Part shown: piece after piece, positions 1-13,565 of the stretch
Layout: the number at the start of each line of letters is the position of its first letter
Numbering within the stretch: position 1 is the stretch's first letter
Source: Trichoplax adhaerens
Lineage: Eukaryota; Animalia; Placozoa
Direction of reading: 5' to 3'
Length of the DNA: 64,000 nt
Assembly: GCF_000150275.1 (NCBI RefSeq)
Contig: NW_002060944.1
Location: 1,350,911-1,414,910 of the forward strand
Position numbers and translations under genes: made by a program
The notes under the pieces: model-generated
The model's database searches: none
What the model was told of the DNA's origin: nothing
The model's input: only the letters and a program-made list of their open reading frames with translations

Positions 1-367
1 GTTTTTGTAAGGATTGTCGGTTTAATGGTGTAAATGAAATTAGATATTTGAAAATCTATTATTCAATCTAAACTGCAGGTATGAAATTTTATAAGTATAA
101 TCATAGGTACCGGTATTTATTACTAACCCAAGCATAAGTCGAAACTAATACTTTTTTATAATTTTCTAAGTTCAGAGTTATCATAAGTCTTCCTTGCTTG
201 AAAAAACTTTCGGCACAAATTATGATCACCTCATTTTTCGTTTTTGAAATTGATCAGAAATTGCTCATAATAGCAGTATTTTCACATGGTCCCATACGGC
301 ATTTGTAAAATTTTTAGAAATTTTACTGTCCTTGATCATTTATGACGGTAATTTATTTGAAATATAA

Positions 368-398
368 CTAGTGCAAACTCCCGTCGCTTTACTGACGG
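368..398 (-). mobile_element. Possible Helitron 3' terminus (hairpin followed by CTAG|T)
   Basis: The minus strand reads CCGTC-agtaaagc-GACGG (5-bp stem), a 9-nt spacer, then CTAG and T. This is the canonical Helitron 3' end layout. No 5' TC end or second copy was identified. Confidence 0.35.
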
Positions 399-842
399 TT
401 TACGATAATGTGCTCATTTAACAGAGGCTCAGTAACTTTATACCGTACCGTGTATTTCCATGGTATATATGCTATAATCGTAAGGTAAGACCGCATGAGT
501 ACAGAACATAAACGCATGCAAATTGCGTAACAATAGGCGTGATAACCATATTTACTATTGGAACAGTTGAAGTAAAGTGAAGCTTATTTTAACACATTTC
601 TGTCTTGAATTATTCATGAAGGAATGAATGTTTATCTTAAGATCCTTGTTAAGTCACAAAAGTAAAACACGATAAATCGTTTAGTTTAATAGAACTAGTA
701 CAATAGTGGTCAAGCAAGATTACTATCAGTACCATCCATGAATCCATTTTAGTCTAAAATAAAGTATGGTTACAGTAGGTTTAATTAAAGCCAATCAATC
801 TGATAAATTAAGGACAGAATCATACCATGTTATAAATATGTC

Positions 843-925
843 GTTACGGCCAAAACCCGAAGTTGGCCATTGCATACTGCCCGGCCATTACGCGTATTGG
901 CCGGACTTCCGGTTTTGGCCGTAAC
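843..925. mobile_element. 83-bp MITE-like element with terminal inverted repeats and 5-bp TSD
   Basis: Left end GTTACGGCCAAAACCCGAAGT versus right-end reverse complement GTTACGGCCAAAACCGGAAGT (20/21 match). Flanked by direct repeat ATGTC at 838-842 and 926-930. It is a GC-rich island in AT-rich DNA. Confidence 0.75.
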
Positions 926-2926
926 ATGTCTATAATATTTATTGATTTTACGTGAGAAAGACCGTTACTTCTTTCAAATATCAATAAAAAAGCAACGTTA
1001 AACTACTTTATCAACCTTCTCGAAAGTGTTGTAAAAATTTTCTATTTATGACTATAGGATACCATGAACATCAGTAAGTATGGTACTCTTGATCACCAAA
1101 AGTAAAGTAGAATTCAAAATCTATGGTAATACGCTAGTGTTTTAACTTTTTTGTAACACAAAAACTGCTTTTAACGGAGGTTAAGCGCAGGCACCAATCG
1201 TTTCTAAGATCAAATTGAACTATGTTTATTATAAAAAGTAATAAGCTCTTTTACGTTTTATCTATTTAAAATACATTAGAGCACTTATAGAACACAAGAT
1301 TAGCCATGATTGGAACACGATCTGTTTTTTTAGCTCATTTATAAATTAGATATGTAAATAATTACTAACAATCTTCATATATAACATTAGTTGATGCGGT
1401 GCGAGCACCGAGACATGCAGCATTGAAAACAACAAGATAGGCAAAATTGATTATGAATTACGATAAGAAATATTTTAGTTCAATGTAAAAATCATTAAAT
1501 GATAGCAGATTCAGAATTTCTAGCTACAATCATCCGGAATAGTATTAACTGAAGACCAATTTATGCTAACAAATGGCTGCTGTGATTTTAAATACGGTTC
1601 TAGTCATATGTTGGTTGAACAGTGGTTAGATATTTATTCAATATAGCTTATAAACCACAATGACTCCGTGTAAAAGAGGTCAGAGTTTACTAGGCGAACT
1701 CAAGTTTGTTGCTAGCGATCATCCCAAGTCTCAACTTCTCGTAGAAGTCCTACATCGGGCTGGACTTTCGCTGTGATATCGTAAACACTAAATAAAGTGA
1801 ATCATCAACTTAACTTCTGTCGTAGCATGATTTTTTGTGGATTATAGCACCAACAGCATGAGTATCAATAGTTCCTCTCAGTATTAATACCAGCCAATAG
1901 CGCAATTGGCAACAATCGCTTCACTTTTTAGTGTACATATTGATATATTGACATAATAATATTTTTCAGCATCAAGTTTATTACTTTTTATTTATTTTGT
2001 AACATTTTCTGTCTTTTCAAAACACTGAACAGGTGCATAGATTTGAATTCTATTGTTTTCAATCGATTTGTCTTCCAAATACTGTGATTTTATTAAACAG
2101 CCATTTTACGTGTACTTCAAATTGTTGCATAATCATTTTTATGTATTAAATACTTATACGATTATAAATATCCGGAAATTATACGTATAAATTCAATCAA
2201 CGTAATCTATAACCTTTGAGTATTATTTAATTGTTGTCTGGAAGGGTAGTTTTGGACTGGTTGAATTCCTAGAAGTAACAGCGTTAATTTGACGCAAGTA
2301 ATTAGATTTTCATCTGTTTGCCATCAATTACTCAACTAAAGAACTTTATAAAGTCTTAGATAATTGGTTCCAGCTGGATATGTGTTGCCAGTCAGCTTTC
2401 TTATAAAACAAAAAGCTATAATAAGCTATTACCGGTCACCACTTTTTATTGTCTATTAATTATGGTATTAAAATAACATTCAATTTATTTGCTCGCATCT
2501 ATAAAGTGTTAAATGTAATATTTTACGACAGATGATTAAAAATTTGAAATTATATTTTAAATTGGGTTTAATTAAAGCCACGTCGCAATTGTAAAAAATA
2601 ATAGTGCATAGTGTTCATTTAGAACGCAAGGTCAAGTGTGACAAGCATTAGTTTTACGGCTCGAAAGAAACTGCAAAATCATCAATTTATAGCCATATCA
2701 TTGTTCTAAAACTTGTGATTAGAAAGTCCGAGCAAGTAAACGTGTGCAAATGTAATAAATGGAGTATATCCCAGCTTGGCTTCATCCGAATATTTTATGT
2801 CTTCAATATTGATTTGCAATTTTTATATATCGGTTATGTATTTCATGCATTATTCATTTTGATAAAAAGTCACAAAATCGTGAATATGACGTAGTTGCAA
2901 AATAAATTAAAATATTTCTTCCCAAG

Positions 2927-3555
2927 TGTCAGAAAACAGCTTTGCAACAAGATAACGCAATATAGATCAATAAATCAATTCCTTGAACCACGTATCAAGG
3001 AACGATATCTGCACTATCACAAACACTTTTGCTCTACTAGCAGACTACACAAAGACTTAAACGCCTCGTATTTTACGTTAAACACTAAGTTGGAGAATTC
3101 TCTTTATTTCACGATATACTGCATTTATATACTATTCCTCAATAGTTCATGAGTCGCAGTTAATACAATTAACCTCGGAATCATTTACTGAATTAGATAT
3201 TAAGTTTAGCTACTGCTCCCTTAATGCAGACAACAGTATTTACGAATATAGACATGTAATGACTAATACAGAATAGTCAGATTACGATATATCCTATCAC
3301 GGAACATTTCCACGATAATTTGCAATCTACCATAAGTAAATTACAATCACAATGATTCGAACTGTAAGTAGATGATTTGCATTCCCTATTATAACTATTA
3401 ATTTCAGTATGTGTATAAGTGTTACTGTCATAAAAAGTTAGTGCTATATTAAAACACAGTATATCCAAATTAGAAGTCAACTAAATAAGGATAGTCTAAT
3501 AGAATTATCCTAACATAGATATTTCTACTGTAATACAGTATATAACACTGTAACA
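2927..3555 (-). mobile_element. Solo LTR, family A
   Basis: 629 bp with TGTCA...TAACA termini and a perfect 5-bp TSD CCAAG (2922-2926 / 3556-3560). It is a close inverted copy of 25932-26556. Strand is assigned from end similarity to the PPT-anchored LTR at 29666-30106. Confidence 0.85.
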
Positions 3556-5894
3556 CCAAGAGAACAATTATAGATAGCTGCATAATTTTAGAGATTTGTC
3601 TGAGTCCTACCAGGTAGGCTAATACTATATAAATAATAGTATTTGCTCGGTTGTGCATGATATAGAATAAAGGAAACTCATTATAATACACGATACAGTT
3701 ACGATGGATGAAATGATGCTTGCAAGATTATTTTAAAATGATAAATGCGAAATTAGAATTTAATTTCAGTTTAAGCTAGATACGTAGAGTAAACTTCATA
3801 GCCCATACGTGGGCAGTTTATAAGAATAGAAGTTTTGTTAGGATCTAATGAGATCTAATAAAGCAGCATTCAAGTTTCGGTAGTTCTTAGACATATAACT
3901 ATAAATACAAAAGGCAAAATTTATAACTCGTGACCCCTAAGGTGATATATTTCACGTCTGATTGATCACTATTCAATTAAAAGGAATATAAATTAATTTT
4001 CGATCTGCTATTAAAGAAGGCTGGATTAAATAGAAAGTAATGAGATGCCAACAGTAGACTGATACAGACGATATATTACTTTATAACTAACAGATATCTT
4101 TCAAAATACTTTCAATCATGTATACGATAGCAGTTCTAGCTAATGACTTCGAAAGAATACATTATAAACCGGTTCACTACTTACAGTATGTTAATGCATA
4201 AAAATAGTAGATTCGAGATAATAAAGAAAATGTCAATATTGCAGCTTACAGTATATTGAAATAGACCCTTGAGAAAAAGCTTAAGTTAGCGTACGGTAGA
4301 AAATATTCTTCGAGAATAAATTTCACTTATAACTGTTAGAGTTGTATTCCTATCGGATCAATTTTAGCAAGAAAATTTTCTGGTAAATATCTTCTACAGT
4401 CTTTTTTACTGAAGAATGAGGCTAGAAAAGATATAAAGCAAAGCCTTGCCAACTCTAGCCTTGTATTGTAAACAATTCTTTGAAAAAAAATCATTTTTTA
4501 GTTTATGATGGAAACGCTGCAAAAATAGACTTTCAACTATATACCATATGATAGTTTTTCTTTGTGGTGAAATTTAAAGAGCACCTTAGCATTTGGTGCA
4601 TCTTACTACAGTTTATTAAAAGGTGATAAAACTAGATCAGATTTAACTAAGTGTGCATGAAAACTGGACTACGTATTAAAAAACTGGCCATTAAACACAT
4701 CATATTTTAGTTTCGGAATAAAATATACTTTTCAATTACGTTTCTCATTTGCTTATTGTAGGATGGCAATTTTAAGTAATGATTTTAAAAACTACGTTTT
4801 TATCCAGTTCGTTTTTTAATGTACGGAGTATAATAGATACAGGAACTCTATTATAACAAGAAGAGAAGATGTTACTGACGTCATATAATTAGCATGTAAG
4901 TTCAATTTTGTTAATATTTGGTTATACGCATATACGTGACGAAAGTTATGAATGGGATTGTAAGAATGTTGCTAGAATAAATCAAACCTATAAATATTTT
5001 CTAAAGCATGTTTATTATATAAAATAGTAGATTCATCAAATCTCGGAATTATTTAATGTCATAACTGATATCGTCTTTTCATAACCTAGTATCTCTGTTG
5101 GTGGCCTTGAAAAGAAATAGAGACTCTAGAATATACAAGGGTATAAAATGCTTCCAAAAAGTACTTATATCAACGAAAATCAGATTTATTACTTAAATTC
5201 TTTAGCCAATATATTTATATTTAATAATGTTCTAGTTAGATAGTGTTTTGATTTCTATCGTTTCACAGCATTATTCTTTGTTGATATCATAAGAAAGACA
5301 AAAGGAACATTGCATTCTAAGTTATTGTTACACAGGCAATTTAATCTGGTAATTTTGTGTTTAGTTAAATAAATAGACTAATGAACGTATTAAATCGATT
5401 GAATTTATTTAAAGGTATACAATAATGCGTTCAAAAATTTATCTTTCCGGCTTCAATTTAATGAAATTTAAGAACACTACGTCTACTATACATTTCAGTA
5501 ACTGCTTTAGCTTACATCATAATTAAAGCAATTTATATTAGTACTAAGAAATAATCTAATACACTTTTAATTTATTTTATTATCCAAGTATATTTCGTTG
5601 TCTCATCCAAATACTCCAAGGAAATTAGCTGTTAAGAAAAGACTAGCAAATAAATAACTGATTTATGCAAAAAGAATTTTTCCATTACGCTATCTTAAAA
5701 GGTGTAACTGAATCAATTAAACTGTCATTATAAGGCTGAATTGTAATAGAAAGCCATCACAAACTATTGCAACTAATTTTAGCAGTCGAATATTGGGAAA
5801 TTCTTTCTTGTGCTGTTTTTTATTTCACTGGAAAATTTATTTGACTTACGAGGTCCATTTTTTTTTAAATCGGATTGATAATATTTATTTTGCT

Positions 5895-6899
5895 ATGCCG
5901 GCCGTTTTTAACAGTCGTGATTTACGATCAGCTAATTTATCTCAAAATGACAGTCAAAATATTCTGGAATTTTATAATTTTCACGTTAGTGTTTTTACCA
6001 CACTTGGTATTATTGGATTATTTACTAACATTTTAGTAATTAAGATTGTCTATCGAAACTCTAAATTAAAAAATACACCTAGTTTTTTGATACTTCATTT
6101 AGCCATAGCCGATATTCTATCTTCTGGCCAACCTATCGTCATTGGATTTGCTTTAATGTATTTAGCACCACTTAACTGGCCGCATCAATCGATCATGATG
6201 ATATGTCGACTTGCCTTTTATTGGTGGCTAGTGGGTTATTCTCTATCTGCTGCCATGCTAACACTGATTAGTATCGAACGCTATCGAGCAATTATCCAGC
6301 CAATTAAATTACGACTAGCTGGTAGACGGTTAAATTATATTATTCTAAGTTTATGGATAGCTTGCTTTATTATCTCATTGCCTATCACATTATTAGCCGA
6401 TGTGGATCCAATCTATTACTTTGATTGTCAAGTAGAAGTAGATCTATATCCTACCTTTGCGGACATTTATTTTACTATCATTACCGTTGCGGTGTATTTT
6501 TTGCCATTAGTAATTATAAGTATTTGCTATACTTGTATAATACGAAAATTTAGGCGAGATACAAAAATAGCTCTTCAGCTTAATCGGAAATTAACAGTGA
6601 ATCAATTACTGAAGAAGAAAATTATGCGAATGCTGATTCTAGTAACGGCTAATTTTATGTTGTCATCCTTACCTTGGATTGTAAGCCTAGTGGTTATTGC
6701 CTATAACGACATCAGTCCTAATGATTTCTATCACAGCGAAAATAATCTTTTAGCTGCGGCTGCAATCATCATCAAGGTTTTATTCTCTTTATTGCCTGTT
6801 ACAAACTCACTAATCTATTTCTTGACTAATCCAACAATTCATCAAGAATTAAAGCGTTGGTTTACGAAGCGTAAGATAGTATTTGTTCGTCCTGTTTAA
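5895..6899 (+). CDS. Rhodopsin-class (class A) 7TM GPCR, orphan, intronless CDS, 334 aa
   Basis: Seven hydrophobic segments; TM1 GLFTN, TM2 LAIAD, TM3 C...SIERY, ECL2 Cys, TM5 YFLP, TM6 SSLPW, TM7 NSLIY. First ATG is at 5895; the ORF track begins at a TTG. Confidence 0.92.
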   Translation: MPAVFNSRDLRSANLSQNDSQNILEFYNFHVSVFTTLGIIGLFTNILVIKIVYRNSKLKNTPSFLILHLAIADILSSGQPIVIGFALMYLAPLNWPHQSIMMICRLAFYWWLVGYSLSAAMLTLISIERYRAIIQPIKLRLAGRRLNYIILSLWIACFIISLPITLLADVDPIYYFDCQVEVDLYPTFADIYFTIITVAVYFLPLVIISICYTCIIRKFRRDTKIALQLNRKLTVNQLLKKKIMRMLILVTANFMLSSLPWIVSLVVIAYNDISPNDFYHSENNLLAAAAIIIKVLFSLLPVTNSLIYFLTNPTIHQELKRWFTKRKIVFVRPV

Positions 6900-9800
6900 C
6901 TAAAATCTTCATATATCGAACCGATTCTAATGACAACTTGGAATGGAAAGAGATTTTCGTTTTGTTCACAATTCGTCCATTTTATTATTATTCTAAATTA
7001 GTGGGCAAATTTTTAGTAGGAATATAAATGTACCCTTGGTTAATCTATTCACATAATACCGGGCAAAGGAAGAGCAAGTGGTCTATTGATGAATGATCCA
7101 TTTTTTGATTATTCTAAATTAACGGATAAATCTTAGTAGCAATATGAGTATGTCCTGTGATCTTTATTATTTCAAGTCTGTTCAACAGTACAACAAATTG
7201 GATAATTCATCAGTGATACTCTTATATTAGCCTGCAATGTAAACTTGTATACCTTCTCGTTCTACTCGTATTCGAATCTCCACTTGTCATGTATAACATG
7301 CATGAGCATATTTTGGATTAGAAGTTTATGCTTTGGCTTACAAAATCATTATACAGCATTATTTCTTTCATTTTATATAATCTTTTTTCTTAAAGGTAGT
7401 CTATACTCCCAATACTAAAGCATTACAGTATATGCAAGCATTAAGCATTACGTACCTACTCGTATATTGTTTCAACTTATTACATTCTCATTTAGTAAAG
7501 CATAAATTGAAAGAAAGTTTCATCCAATCCTTTCTGCTAATTAGTCAACGGCAGTGTTTTAGATAAGTACGGAATAGTAGATTTTAAATTAAACTATCGG
7601 AATCCAATACGAATGATTTTGCTTAGCCGTTGTTAAAATATTTTAGAATTTCTCTACTGTTTGTCTACTGGTCTATTCGTTGTGCTCGTTACATTCTACG
7701 CTACATATCTACGTAAAAATTTCTATCAATTTACTTTATTCCCCATTTATAAAATTTCATTATGTTGATTGCGTTGATATCTCACTATCTCATCTTGTAG
7801 TTAGTTAAGGACAAAGCTACGACTAATTCTATTACACATTGTTCATTAATAAAATTGATTCAGTTTACCTGAATAATCACATGTTTTAACTGATCATATT
7901 TAGACATGTTAATGATCTCATGCTCTTAATTCATTTACAAGTAAAGATAAATTTTGAGTAATTGTCTGTTACGTAAATATCTATCATAATTATTACCGTA
8001 TCATCAAGGAGATTGGATATTTCGTGATTATATTTAACATTATTAGCAATATAAGTCGGTTTAGACACTTTTAAGCTATTAAAGTATACGTTATATACGA
8101 TAAGAAGTTAAATGAATAATTTAAAAGGATACGAATACGTATAGGTATTGTTTGCATCCCAAGCAAATGAAATAGAAACATAAACCTGTATACCCAGATT
8201 AAGTTTACAAATCTGAATAAAAATCTGATAAAAATGAAGACTTTCAGTCATACAAAAAGCCTCCCAAATTGCAATGCTAGATTTTCTAACCATGCACATG
8301 CATGGAGCAGACATAATTTTCTGTCAAAAAAAATTGAAGCCACATCAATGAAATATGAAGAATTTAAAGACAAAGCTTTATATAGAAATCCGAAGAAAAT
8401 ATTAAAAAGGGATCAATTTGAATTTTTTACTATTAAAGAATTTTAAAGAAGGTATGATTACCGAAACCGAATAACTTCATTTACGAAAGCAAGTACAGCA
8501 AAGATCAAAAAGCCATATTACCAATGATCATATGGATAAACAGTTTCTATTTTTTGATCAATCTACCCCTGTTTACTCTTAAACATATACGAATAAGCTA
8601 ATGTGAATATATCTAAGTGTGAGCAAACTAAAATATATCGCAGTATCATATTCAGTTTAATAAACTTGTCTAGATTCAAAAGCTAGTTATAGGCTTAGAT
8701 ATTATCAGTTTTTTCTTACTAATTTAGATGCATTCAAGTCTACAAACTCAAATTCCGTGAAGAGGCAATGAAGAACCATTATTTTTTTGCAACGACTCCT
8801 TCCTGGCATGTAAGCGTTTCCTATACATCGTATCCGTAAGATAAAACGGAGTCATAAGATAACTTTGCTTTTAGATTTAATTGAAGCAAAGGATGTAAGC
8901 TGAGATCGCATATTGAAGTTTTGGTAACTTTACTTCATTTGCCTATGCAATAATTAAATTAAATTCATCGATCTAAATAAAATCCTCAAATTTCGCTTTT
9001 TATGTCTTTACACTGTTAAAAAACCTGTACTGACTCTTTTAAGGGTCTCAAAGCGATATTTTAGGAATTTTTAATACGCAATTCTCATTGTTTTTTTAAT
9101 TTTATTAAATACGAAACTACCAATATCTATATAAAATATCTGTGTCAATTTATGTTTTGGTAGAATAATGGTAAAGTCGATTGAATTTTGTATAATTACA
9201 TAAATGTGGATGAAATGCGTCTCACAATCATAGTTCTATAGTACAATGACATAAACGAATATCGACATCGAAGGATAATAAATCAACGACTAGATTTGAC
9301 AATAGTCTAGATGTCTAAGATGGCAATATTTCATCTCCATGGTTCTGCCATAAGCCCAAAAATTTTTTCTTGGAACTGCCATTGTGAATAAATAACCCTA
9401 TCATAATCATATTTTAATTATGACCGAAATATGATTGTTGTGTAACGACAGTTACCATTTTTTATTAATGCCTGATATATTTCTATCAGTAAGACTGGTC
9501 GTGATTATGTTGAACTTATCAAGAGTGATTTCTCGTATAAGTTTTTTCCAATTAAATTATCCTACATTTACGATCAATTAATATAATTATAATTAATCCA
9601 ACTGAAATAAAATTTGATACTCTATATCGTCCTTGTATTCAGCTAAAAACAGTATTCTGCAACGGTTAACTCAACGAAACTAATGATTATGCGTACTTAA
9701 ATGTTCTTAAAACTAAACATTTTAAAAATGACCTAATGTAATGGAGATATTTTGGGAATAGTGAAGAAAAGTTGTAATAAAAATCGGTAATTAGTACCAA

Positions 9801-10184
9801 GATTCAAGAACTTGCAATCAATTAACTTTGCTATTTAAACTAAGAGCCATTACTTATAACGCCATCATTGATATAATTAAGACTAGTATTTGATTCGATT
9901 TAAATTTACCAAAACCTCTTTTACGCTGATGATGCTGTGCAAAATTAATATTTGCATTACATATAGTTATTGTAGGCTTAATTCTATCTTTTGCTATGCA
10001 AGACTATAAATTAATTATTAAGTAAGGAAAACTCATGCTATCATAACATAGCCGCATTATTATTTCGGTAACTTTTAATTCAATGATTATCATTGATTGC
10101 CCCGTTATTAACGAACAGTGTTTTTAAGAATAACTCGACAAAATTATCTAAAATTTTGTATCTGTTCATTATAAGCTTTACTGA

Positions 10185-10734
10185 TGTAATGTAACTTAGT
10201 ATTGTGATTGTAGACTGTTAGCCATGTGTAGTATAATGTACGGTAGATATTTATCCTAAGAGATATTTGGTAGCTGTAACTATAGACTGTAGTGGTAGAG
10301 ACTCTATGCTAGAGTACAGATGACTATATACAGTAAGCTGTTGAGTTACTAATATGGCTATAGGTAGAAATAGAACTGTAAATCATATATTAGGATATGG
10401 TTAATTCATTGTACTTTGGCTGGTGTGAATAATGTCTACGTAAGTACTGTAGTCGTATCCATATTGGATTAATGATGGTCCGCAGTAGAATAGTCTTACT
10501 AAGAATAATTTAACTATCTGTAAAATAAGGTAAAAGGTTGCCATGCGGATTGTAGCTGCGAATGCTACGAAAAGTATAAAAGCATGCAACTTTAGATTAT
10601 TCTGTTAGTTCGTTGTAGAAGTCTTTAGAAGTAGTATTCGGCTAGAGTAGAGCTGTGTAGTTAATCTTTGTATAAGATTCAATAAAGCCCTTATTTTTCT
10701 AAAATTTGGAATTTCGTGATTGGTATATATCACA
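10185..10734 (+). mobile_element. Solo LTR, family B
   Basis: 550 bp with TGTAAT...ATCACA termini, a perfect TSD ACTGA (10180-10184 / 10735-10739) and AATAAA at 10681. Related copies at 17115-17590 and 22449-22590. Confidence 0.82.
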
Positions 10735-12013
10735 ACTGAATAGATACCGCTTAGGTTCTTAGTTCTATAGCTTTAATAAATGGTAACAAGCGATGTCATA
10801 ATCAAACTGACGTGACAGAACGAAAAACGTCCGGATTTTCTAATTGAAAAATTTACTTGTCATAGAAAAGTTCACTTCACAATTAATACGCTAGATGCAA
10901 TCTAAATTTATAAACAAGATTAATTATCAATGTCTGAAAGGCTAAAAAAGAATAGGAATCATAATATTTGGTAGGCTAATTTAAAAGTGCATATTATTTA
11001 ATTAAGAATTATAGAATTTAGTATATATTTTAACTCAATTTCGCGTAATCACAGACATTACTGATTAAACAGAAAGCAGAATTATCATAATTATTAATAG
11101 GTGATTTTTGCATAAAAAGTCGAGTTTAATTTTCTTATAATCCGTAATCTAGTATTTTTAATTATCTAACAATTTCCAGAGAAAAGAATAAAATAATCGA
11201 AAGGATTATGCAGCTTTTTTGCATATTCATGTTTTTAAATTTTGTCTAGGCTATTCAGTATTTAATCATTCCAAGTTTTGAAAAGCCCGGTTTGATGTTA
11301 CCAAAGTCCATAATTTCGTCCTGTACTGAAATCGAATAACAATCCATTTAAAAATTCATGGTACCCACCCTTTGCTTTCGCTTTAGATTTAGTAATTTTA
11401 ACCTCTACGATCAACATACTCTACTGAATAGAATGGATTGTTTTCAAGGTATCTACTTCATCAAAGTTCGTTATGACCGTGTAATCACGTATTGTATTAT
11501 AAATTTTGTAATTGTTTCAGAATAACTTATCTGCATATCAAATTTATTGCAAATTGACGTTTTTTATTGTAAGCTCTTCACCAATTTATTATTATATTGC
11601 TTTTAAGAATTCAGTGTATACTTGAGTGTACCACGCAATGTTTAAAATGCACACTACATTGCATAAATCAAGGAATCGTGTTTACTTTCTGTAATATTAG
11701 AAAGCTAATTCTAGGTTATTCTTACATAGCGCCATAAATCGTAAATATTTACTAACTAGAAGAGCAATTTCTGAATTTTAAATTTCTCTTAACTATCGAC
11801 AGCGAAATTAAAGATTACTATCAACATACAGTAAGTAGATACCATGTAACTCCATTATAAGATTATTACAGTTTTAAGGTATTTAAATTTATATATTAAA
11901 GATTAGTGCATTAATTAATGACCTGAGATACACATTATCAACTTATCCATAAAATTTTTGTATTTTTTTTAATTGATTTCTCTAGATGCTCTACAATAAC
12001 AGCGTAACTTCCC

Positions 12014-12998
12014 ATGGATTCCAGAGTCAATCATAGTGTTACTGCTCGTTATACCGTTTCATACATACTATTTCTTATTGCCGTTCCGGCTTTGTCAATT
12101 CTTGGAATACTGTTAAACATTTTCGTCATTATTTTCATTTTAACGTATCGTAAACAACAATCTAATATACAATGGTTAATTGGAAATCTGGTGTTATCCG
12201 ATATTTTTCAGGGTATTCAATACATTATTATTATCATTGTAGTTTTAGCATCACGGATGGCCCCAGACCATCATGATTAAAGTTTGCAAAATCACGTTTT
12301 TCCTTTGGCTGATTGGTTATACAATGTCTATAGAATTGTTAACACTAATAAGTCTGGAACGATATAGTTACATTCGAAATCGAGCCAGATTTTATAGTTT
12401 GAGTCGTCGTAAGCTGCGAGCAATACTGATCCCATTATGGCTATTTGCAATTCTGATCTCCATTCCTGCTATATATATTGCGGACGTCAATGAATACGAC
12501 CGACATAGATGTATGCTCCAAGTTAGTCATAGACAGAGCTATATTATTGCATATGTATCCATATTAAATTTCGTTGTTTATCTTATCCCACTATGTATCA
12601 TGATTTACTGCTATTCTAGAATTATTGTAGTCCTCAAAAAAATGCATCAAACCTCAACTGTGTTTGGAAAAAACGTATCTACGAGTCAATATCACGTTAA
12701 ACGTATTGTCAATATGCTAATATTAGGCACTATATGTTTTATGTTTTCCTCACTACCTTGGCTGCTGAATCTAAGTTATATCGTTTATGGCAATGCTACA
12801 TCATCTAATAATCAAGAAGAAGGTTATTTGTTATTAAATAGAATAACACAAATATTTCGTGTTCTTATACTGCTACCGCCTATTTATAATCCCTTCATAT
12901 ACGTTGTAGCGAATAAAAGACTGGCTAAAAGAGTATTTAGATGTTTGAACTATCAATCTAACGTAGCTACGCTACAGGTACGCCCACAATTAGATTAG
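12014..12998 (+). pseudogene. Class A GPCR paralog with a single frameshift at the TM2/ECL1 boundary (pseudogene or assembly indel)
   Basis: ORF 12014-12280 encodes TM1-TM2 (LVLSD). A second frame from 12255 reads GWPQTIMIKVCK...SLERY...NPFIY, matching paralog ECL1 motifs (NWP, GWS). That frame has TAG at 12246-12248, so the shift lies near 12248-12255. Confidence 0.8.
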
Positions 12999-13565
12999 CT
13001 ACTTCATGATATCTGCTCATTTTACCCAAATTTAAACTTTATTCATATTTTCTTATCTTGAAATACGTTTATTCAAAGGTCTACTGATGAAGGGCAAATA
13101 TCTTGAACGTTTAAAAAGTTGGAATATAAAATTTTGTATTCACAATATAAACGCGTCTACTTCTAATATAATCATATAATAGTCTTAAAAATCACGTGAA
13201 ATTCGCTTATCATCATTACTGCTAAAACAGTACTGTAAACATTTTTATTCTGCTTAATATTATTTCTTCTAAGTTTTATTATGGCTAATATTAATTTAAA
13301 ACAAGATTTTAATTTTATATTGCAAAGAAAAGGACGCTTGAACATACTAAACATCTCATATTTATTGTAATACTTCCTGAGATAACAAGATTTGGATACT
13401 TATAAGCTGGTTGATCACGAAATTTTTGTGAGTTTAGAATACCAACATCAACCACATTTTAGATCCAGTACCGTTGCATTATTAGACATATTAAGGTACT
13501 TTGAGTTACTTAAGAAATGACTTCATTTACACATAATTAACGCTATCTATTATTATCTTAGATTT

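Noticed and set aside
2895-3691. Short ORFs here and at 26330-26641 sharing FLExRIKERYLHYHKHF
   Set aside because: The similarity comes from two copies of the same solo LTR; several use non-ATG starts and no domain is recognisable.
4650-4830. Weak inverted repeat (ATTAAAAAACTGG / CCAGTTCGTTTTTTAAT)
   Set aside because: Short, gapped, AT-rich and without a TSD.
6977-7160. Imperfect ~65-bp direct repeat in the 3' flank of the first GPCR
   Set aside because: Degenerate AT-rich local duplication with no functional signature.
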